Origin: Marispirochaeta sp.
GTDB taxonomy: Bacteria > Spirochaetota > Spirochaetia > JC444 > Marispirochaetaceae
DNA length: 64,000 nucleotides
Direction of reading: 5' to 3'
NCBI GenBank assembly: GCA_963676835.2
Contig: CAXXFF010000003.1
Coordinates: forward strand, 704,001-768,000
Part shown: piece by piece, positions 59,213 through 64,000 of the stretch
Numbering within the stretch: the stretch's first letter is position 1
Layout of the letters: every line of letters begins with the position of its first letter
Notes under the pieces: model-generated
The model's input: the letters and a program-made list of their open reading frames with translations, nothing else
Told to the model about the DNA's origin: nothing
The model's database searches: none
Position numbers and translations under genes: made by a program

Positions 59213-60265
59213 TTAAGAGGAAAGCTGCTTTTTATACTCCGACGGGGTTAGGCCGGTAAACTTTCTGAAGGCGGTATTGAAGGCAGTTTTGGAATTAAAG
59301 CCGCACTCAAAGGCAATTTCCAGGATATTTACATCGCTTTTTGCATGCAGGAGGGTTTTGGCCTCTTCCACCCGGTAGGAGTTTATAAAATTATTGAAGC
59401 TTGCTTTATGATGGCTGTTCAACAGCTCCGAAAGCTGACTTGAAGATATATCCAGCTCGCCGCTTAATGTTTTTAACGACACCGACCGGTCCATATGGAT
59501 TTTTTCATCTTCAATAAGCGCATCAAGCCGCTCCATAAGCTTTTGGGTGTTGAGTTTTTCTATCTGGGATTTGCGGTAGCGTATTCCCTGAGCATCATGC
59601 TGAAGCCTGTTGAAGTAATGGGGGTAACGGATAAGAAAGAAGATAAACAATGTAGATGTGCAGGCAAAGGCTGCATCACTAACAAACTGCAGCTCACGTA
59701 CCGATGTCCAGGAAAGAATAAAAATCAGAGAAAAGAAGAGGCTGCAGGAAGCTATAAAGATAAGTACAGCAATTTGCGGAGACTTCTTCCGCCTGTAAAA
59801 GGTGCGAAGCTGCCGGATAATGAGAAACAGGTATATAAACAGGGAAAGACAGGCTGCTGAAAAAATGGCTTTGAAAACCGGGAGCGAACCCTTATCGGCT
59901 TCGTCAAAATAGAGCAGGTTGAGAACTTCTATAAGAATGAAAAATAGAAAAAAGGGAAGCGAATGCAGCACAACAGCTTTTCGGGTTATCCGTCTGTCGG
60001 TTGTAATGTATATAACGAACAGAAACAGGAAGGGGCCGATTAAGGCGATAAAGGCGTAGTCTGAAAAAATGAAATACCTGGTAAATATCTGAAATCCGGA
60101 TGTATTGAAGGATAAAGAGAAGCCATGCATACCAGTTGAGAGAAATACAACCGACAGGAAATAGTTCGACGGGAGTCTTTCTTTATGTATTAACTGTATA
60201 AAGGAGAAAAAGAAAAATATTGTTGATGCAACAAAACAGATATTGATAACGAGGTTGTGCCACAT
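59213..60265 (-). CDS. Membrane-embedded AraC-family regulator 1
   Basis: About 7 hydrophobic segments in the first ~215 aa; C-terminal SFNNFINSYRVEEAK...IAFECGFNSKTAFNTAFRKFTGLTPSEY. Confidence 0.92.
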   Translation of the reverse strand: MWHNLVINICFVASTIFFFFSFIQLIHKERLPSNYFLSVVFLSTGMHGFSLSFNTSGFQIFTRYFIFSDYAFIALIGPFLFLFVIYITTDRRITRKAVVLHSLPFFLFFILIEVLNLLYFDEADKGSLPVFKAIFSAACLSLFIYLFLIIRQLRTFYRRKKSPQIAVLIFIASCSLFFSLIFILSWTSVRELQFVSDAAFACTSTLFIFFLIRYPHYFNRLQHDAQGIRYRKSQIEKLNTQKLMERLDALIEDEKIHMDRSVSLKTLSGELDISSSQLSELLNSHHKASFNNFINSYRVEEAKTLLHAKSDVNILEIAFECGFNSKTAFNTAFRKFTGLTPSEYKKQLSS

Positions 60266-60636
60266 GGGGTGTAGAAAAGTCCTCCGCTGTACTTCAAGGC
60301 ATGCCTTACCGGGGTACGATTATTGCATAGAGGCTGTGAAAATACAACGGAAATGTGGGTAGAAAGCTTACGCCACAAACGTTAGCCCGCTCCCGGGGCA
60401 TGGCGTTGAGGAAATGGGGCGAATGTTGTTTCGGTGATCATCGGTCCCGGCTGTTTACTAGTATCTCGCCTGGGAAACTTTTTTCAGAATCTGCCCCTCC
60501 GTATGAGGTTTATCTGGTTATTGGTTTTAAACCACCCGCCGGGATGATGCCTGAAGGATGGTTTTACCTTAATTCATCAGGTATGCACTACCTAAAAAAC
60601 CTGTTTTGAAGGTATCCTACGAAATTAGTTCAATGA

Positions 60637-61266
60637 TTAAAAAGACCGGACAGCACGAACTCTTGCCCACCAGTTAGATACTTCAGATGCTTGGTATCCA
60701 TTGCGGAAAGATTGCCGATACACTGAGTCTACATCAAATTTTGATGAACTCCAATAATAATCATCAGAAAAACCGGCAACTCCGCTGTTATTCCCAAAGC
60801 CATCATCAACAAGGTTGTCCCATATCAGATTAAGCTCATCTTTCGATGGCAGAAACCAATCAACTAATCCTCCACCTCGATAATCTCTACATATTTGGGC
60901 GGCACTTCCTGTATATACTGACCACCAATTTGTGCGATTATCCATGATTAAATCTGTGTTGCTCTTACCCGTACCTACGGAAGTGCCCATTTCGATGATA
61001 CCTAGATCAATTGTAGTTGTAAATGAAATCCAAGCAGCAGATGTGCTTTGATCATACGGTGCCACCTCCATACCTTGTAAGCCATCGTCATCGCTTATGT
61101 AGAAAACTATCCCCACTCCACTAGGACCAATATCACCTATATCATAGGTCGTCGGGCCGCTGGGGCTTCCGTCACTGCTGCCAGTGCCGCCTTCCTCACA
61201 GGCTGTAAAAGCAAAAAGCATGAGAATTACCATTATAAGTGCCGCAGGTTTTATCTTAAACTTCAT
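60637..61266 (-). CDS. DUF1566/Lcl-like lipoprotein 2
   Basis: Lipobox FTAC; DWFLPSKDEL, YWSSS, RVRAVRSF. Confidence 0.8.
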   Translation of the reverse strand: MKFKIKPAALIMVILMLFAFTACEEGGTGSSDGSPSGPTTYDIGDIGPSGVGIVFYISDDDGLQGMEVAPYDQSTSAAWISFTTTIDLGIIEMGTSVGTGKSNTDLIMDNRTNWWSVYTGSAAQICRDYRGGGLVDWFLPSKDELNLIWDNLVDDGFGNNSGVAGFSDDYYWSSSKFDVDSVYRQSFRNGYQASEVSNWWARVRAVRSF

Positions 61267-61355
61267 ACAATCCTCCGAAAGAACCGTTTTTAATATTGAT
61301 TTTCTTCTCTACCAGTAAATCTGCTGGAAATACTATCGCAAATGTGCAGACAAGT

Positions 61356-61379
61356 CGTACGGATTTATAAATCCGTACG
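61356..61379. promoter_or_regulatory. 24-bp palindromic box, copy 3
   Basis: Perfect palindrome CGTACGGATTTATAAATCCGTACG, 20 bp upstream of TAGTAT (61335-30, minus strand). Confidence 0.85.
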
Positions 61380-61498
61380 AATTTTTCAATGTTTTTGCGT
61401 TAAACAGGGGGAAATGGTCCCGGGGCGTAGGCCCCGGGGGTGTCAGGAGGGTGAAGGTTATCAATTTTGAAAAATTAAAGCACCATTGTAATACAGTT

Positions 61499-62107
61499 TT
61501 AAAAATACCTGATAGCTCTAATCCTATATATACTGCTCTTGGGGGACCAGCCCTCATATCCACTACCGAGGTAAGGATCTATACCAAAAAACTTCATCAT
61601 TACACTGTTAGATGAACCTTGGATCTCTGAAGAACTCCAATATTTAGCATTAGCGAAACCGCCGACTCCGCTATTGTTCTGCACAAGATTGTCCCAGACT
61701 AGCCGTAGCTCCTCTATGGACGGTAGATACCAATCATCTTTCCCACCACCGTCATAATTAAGACAAATCTGGGCAGCACTTGCAGTATGACCACTCTGAT
61801 GAGTTATAGCATATGAATTAGAAATGCCGAAGTACAACCAATCGACTGTTCCAACTTCACCCGTAATATTACTCCAGGGTGCTCCAACATGTTGATCTTC
61901 TGGCGCCACTTCCAGCCCTTGTAACCCGCCATCGGTTATGTAGAAAACAATCCCAACACCGCTAGGGCCGGTATCGCCTATGGCATAAATTGTCGGGCCG
62001 CTGGTGCTACCATCACTGCTGCCAGTACCGCCGGCTTCGCAGGCGGTAAAAGCAAACAGCATGAGAACTACCATTGTAAATGCCGCAGATTTTATCTTAA
62101 ACTTCAT
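61499..62107 (-). CDS. DUF1566/Lcl-like lipoprotein 3
   Basis: Lipobox FTAC; DDWYLPS..EL, YWSSSE, RIRAIRYF. Confidence 0.8.
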   Translation of the reverse strand: MKFKIKSAAFTMVVLMLFAFTACEAGGTGSSDGSTSGPTIYAIGDTGPSGVGIVFYITDGGLQGLEVAPEDQHVGAPWSNITGEVGTVDWLYFGISNSYAITHQSGHTASAAQICLNYDGGGKDDWYLPSIEELRLVWDNLVQNNSGVGGFANAKYWSSSEIQGSSNSVMMKFFGIDPYLGSGYEGWSPKSSIYRIRAIRYF

Positions 62108-62196
62108 ACTATCCTCCGAAGGAATCGTTTTTAGTATTGATTTTCTTCTCTATTAGTAAATCTTGGGGAAATACTACCGCAAATATGCAGGCAGGT

Positions 62197-62220
62197 CGTA
62201 CGGATTTATAAATCCGTACG
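62197..62220. promoter_or_regulatory. 24-bp palindromic box, copy 4
   Basis: Perfect palindrome CGTACGGATTTATAAATCCGTACG, 20 bp upstream of TAGTAT (62176-71, minus strand); 16 bp past the AraC2 stop. Confidence 0.85.
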
Positions 62221-62236
62221 AATTTTTAGAGGTTTT

Positions 62237-63289
62237 CTACAAAGAAAGCTGCTTTTTATACTCAGACGGCGTAAGGCCGGTAAACTTTCTGAAGGCAGTA
62301 TTAAAGGTCGACTTGGAATTAAAGCCGCACTCAAAGGCAACCTCAAGAATATTAACCCCGGCCATTGTCTGCAACAGGATTTTAGCCTCTTCCACCCGGT
62401 GTGCATTTATAAAACTGTTAAACCCGGCCTTATAATGGCTGTTTAAAAGCTCAGAAAGCTGGGAAGGAGATATATCCAACATCCGGCTTACCCCTTCCAG
62501 GGAAACTGATCGATCCAGATGGATTTTCTCTTTCTCCATTAACAGATCAAGCTCTTCAATAAGCCTCTGCTTGTTAAGCCCCTCAATCTGAGACCTACGG
62601 TACCGCCTTTCCCGGGACTCTTTCTGAGCAATACTGAAGTAATGGGGATAGCGGATAAGAAAGAAAATAAACAGCAGGGAAATGCAGATAAAAGCGACAT
62701 CCCCGATAAACTGAAGCTCCCGCAACAGGGTATTGGAAAGAATAAGCAGAACGCAGGAGAAAAGGCCGAAGATGGTTATAAAAATGAGAAACCTGAGGGC
62801 CCGGGACGGCTCTTTTGTGCAAAAAGCGTACAGCAGCCGGTACACACCAATAAGGTAGAAAAAGAACACCAGATACGATGTGGAAACAATATGCTGAAAA
62901 ACCTGAAGTGCCCCCTTAACGGCAGGATCGGGAAATATGAAATTGAGAGCCTCTATAACAATCAGGGAAAGAACAAAAGGCAGTGAATGGAGCAGCACTT
63001 TCTTCCAGCTTATACCGGTCTCTGTGGTGGTATAGAGAAAAAACAGATACAGAAACGGCCCCAAAAGAAAAAGAAAGGCGCTGTCGGAATAGAGAAAATA
63101 GCGGTAAAAAATGTGACTATCCCCGGCATAAAGCCATAAAGAGAGGCCCTGAATACCTATGGAAAAGAAGATAACCGCAAGAAAATAGTTCGACAGAGGC
63201 TTATCTTTATGCACCAGCTGGGCGAGGGAGAAAAAGAAAAATACTATTGATGCGACAATGGAAACATTGATGGCGAAGTCAACTGACAT
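62237..63289 (-). CDS. Membrane-embedded AraC-family regulator 2
   Basis: Same length (350 aa) and architecture as regulator 1; VAFECGFNSKSTFNTAFRKFTGLTPSEY. Confidence 0.92.
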   Translation of the reverse strand: MSVDFAINVSIVASIVFFFFSLAQLVHKDKPLSNYFLAVIFFSIGIQGLSLWLYAGDSHIFYRYFLYSDSAFLFLLGPFLYLFFLYTTTETGISWKKVLLHSLPFVLSLIVIEALNFIFPDPAVKGALQVFQHIVSTSYLVFFFYLIGVYRLLYAFCTKEPSRALRFLIFITIFGLFSCVLLILSNTLLRELQFIGDVAFICISLLFIFFLIRYPHYFSIAQKESRERRYRRSQIEGLNKQRLIEELDLLMEKEKIHLDRSVSLEGVSRMLDISPSQLSELLNSHYKAGFNSFINAHRVEEAKILLQTMAGVNILEVAFECGFNSKSTFNTAFRKFTGLTPSEYKKQLSL

Positions 63290-63500
63290 TTAGTAGTACA
63301 AACCCCCGAAGTTCTACAGAGCAAGCCTGACAACTACAGATTATTGCATGTCGCCCCTGAAAAAACAACGAAAGAAAGTCTCGATCCCACCGGGAAAAAT
63401 GTAAGAAAAACAGGATTGAAAACAACTACAGAAGGCGGTGAGCAAAGAAGCGGGGCGGAACAGAAGCAGGCGTAAACAGCATCGGGATTCTGATTGGAGC

Positions 63501-63542
63501 AAAAAAAAGGGCTCATCCTGCTGCAGGAATGAACCCTTTTTT
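63501..63542 (-). terminator. Bidirectional-type terminator after ettA
   Basis: A8-GGGCTCAT...ATGAACCC-T6. Confidence 0.75.
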
Positions 63543-63555
63543 GAGTAAAAACAGA

Positions 63556-64000
63556 TCAGTCTCTGGTAAGACTGCGGTATTTAATGCGGTGAGGAATAAG
63601 GGCCGCCTCGCCGAGACGGTTCTTTCTGTCTTCTTCGTATTCGCTGTAGTTGCCGTTAAAAAAGGAGACCTTACTCTCCCCTTCAAAGGCAAGAATATGG
63701 GTGGCAATACGGTCGAGGAACCAGCGGTCGTGGCTGATAACCAGCACACAGCCGGTAAAAAGCTCAATGGCATCTTCCAGGGCCCGCATGGTGTTTACAT
63801 CCAGGTCGTTGGTCGGTTCGTCCAGCAGCAGCACGTTGGCTTCGGTCTGCAGCATAAGAGCAAGCTGAACCCGGTTCCGTTCACCACCGGAAAGAACCCC
63901 CACCTTTTTCTGCTGATCCGCACCGGAGAAGTTGAACTGGGCAACATAGGCCCGGCTGTTAACCTCGCGGTTGCCGAGCTTCATGTTTTCCCGGCCGCCG
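63556..64000 (-). CDS. ettA: Energy-dependent translational throttle protein A (ABC-F), 3' part
   Basis: NSRAYV..FNF.G.DQQKKVG.LSGGERNRV, LLDEPTNDLD, SHDRWFLDRIATHILAFEG, PHRIKY. Confidence 0.93.
   Translation of the reverse strand, partial: GGRENMKLGNREVNSRAYVAQFNFSGADQQKKVGVLSGGERNRVQLALMLQTEANVLLLDEPTNDLDVNTMRALEDAIELFTGCVLVISHDRWFLDRIATHILAFEGESKVSFFNGNYSEYEEDRKNRLGEAALIPHRIKYRSLTRD

Noticed and set aside
60355..60609. 84-aa ORF or structured element between AraC1 and lipoprotein 2
   Set aside because: No SD or motif, opposite strand to its neighbours, and only a weak imperfect stem; no IS/MITE ends found
57281..62107. Diversity-generating retroelement targeting the DUF1566 lipoproteins
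   Set aside because: No reverse transcriptase, Avd or template repeat in the window; the 3' ends differ by indels and at non-adenine positions. A remote DGR cannot be excluded.
57937..62220. 24-bp palindromes as terminators, attC sites, recombination sites or CRISPR repeats
   Set aside because: No real loop, T-tracts lie on the non-coding strand, no RYYYAAC/GTTRRRY ends, kb-scale irregular spacing, and no integrase or cas gene; the fixed distance to -10 fits a transcription-factor site better

Overview
A 64-kb chromosomal window from a bacterium, most likely a free-living Spirochaetaceae member. That taxonomy is inferred from the long-form PPi-dependent PFK, solute-binding proteins with 'FAxGxxE' leader ends, and many lipoproteins. 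No rRNA, tRNA, CRISPR array, transposase, integrase or reverse transcriptase is visible. 1-36 kb is mostly housekeeping: an aroG fragment, a GH3 lipoprotein, asnS, an SLC12/CCC transporter, Campylobacterota-type nifS-nifU, manA, pfp, a fructosamine-kinase/LMW-PTP pair, metA, an SBP plus hybrid kinase, a long MinD/FlhG ATPase and a TPP-riboswitch-controlled thiamine-precursor ABC operon. 36-57 kb is a sugar-acid catabolic island. It carries gudD, a PrpR-like sigma-54 activator, a 2-hydroxyacid dehydrogenase, a second enolase-superfamily enzyme, three tripartite tricarboxylate transporters and three non-canonical URO-D-fold enzymes. Two of the URO-D genes have their own sigma-54 promoter, while the transporters carry GntR-like boxes. 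57-63.4 kb is a duplicated unit of a membrane-embedded AraC regulator followed by two lipoprotein genes (three DUF1566/Lcl-like, one 7-repeat LVIVD propeller). All four lipoprotein promoters carry the same 24-bp palindrome exactly 20 bp upstream of the -10 hexamer. These two accessory modules are the best candidates for undescribed systems. The window ends in the 3' part of ettA.
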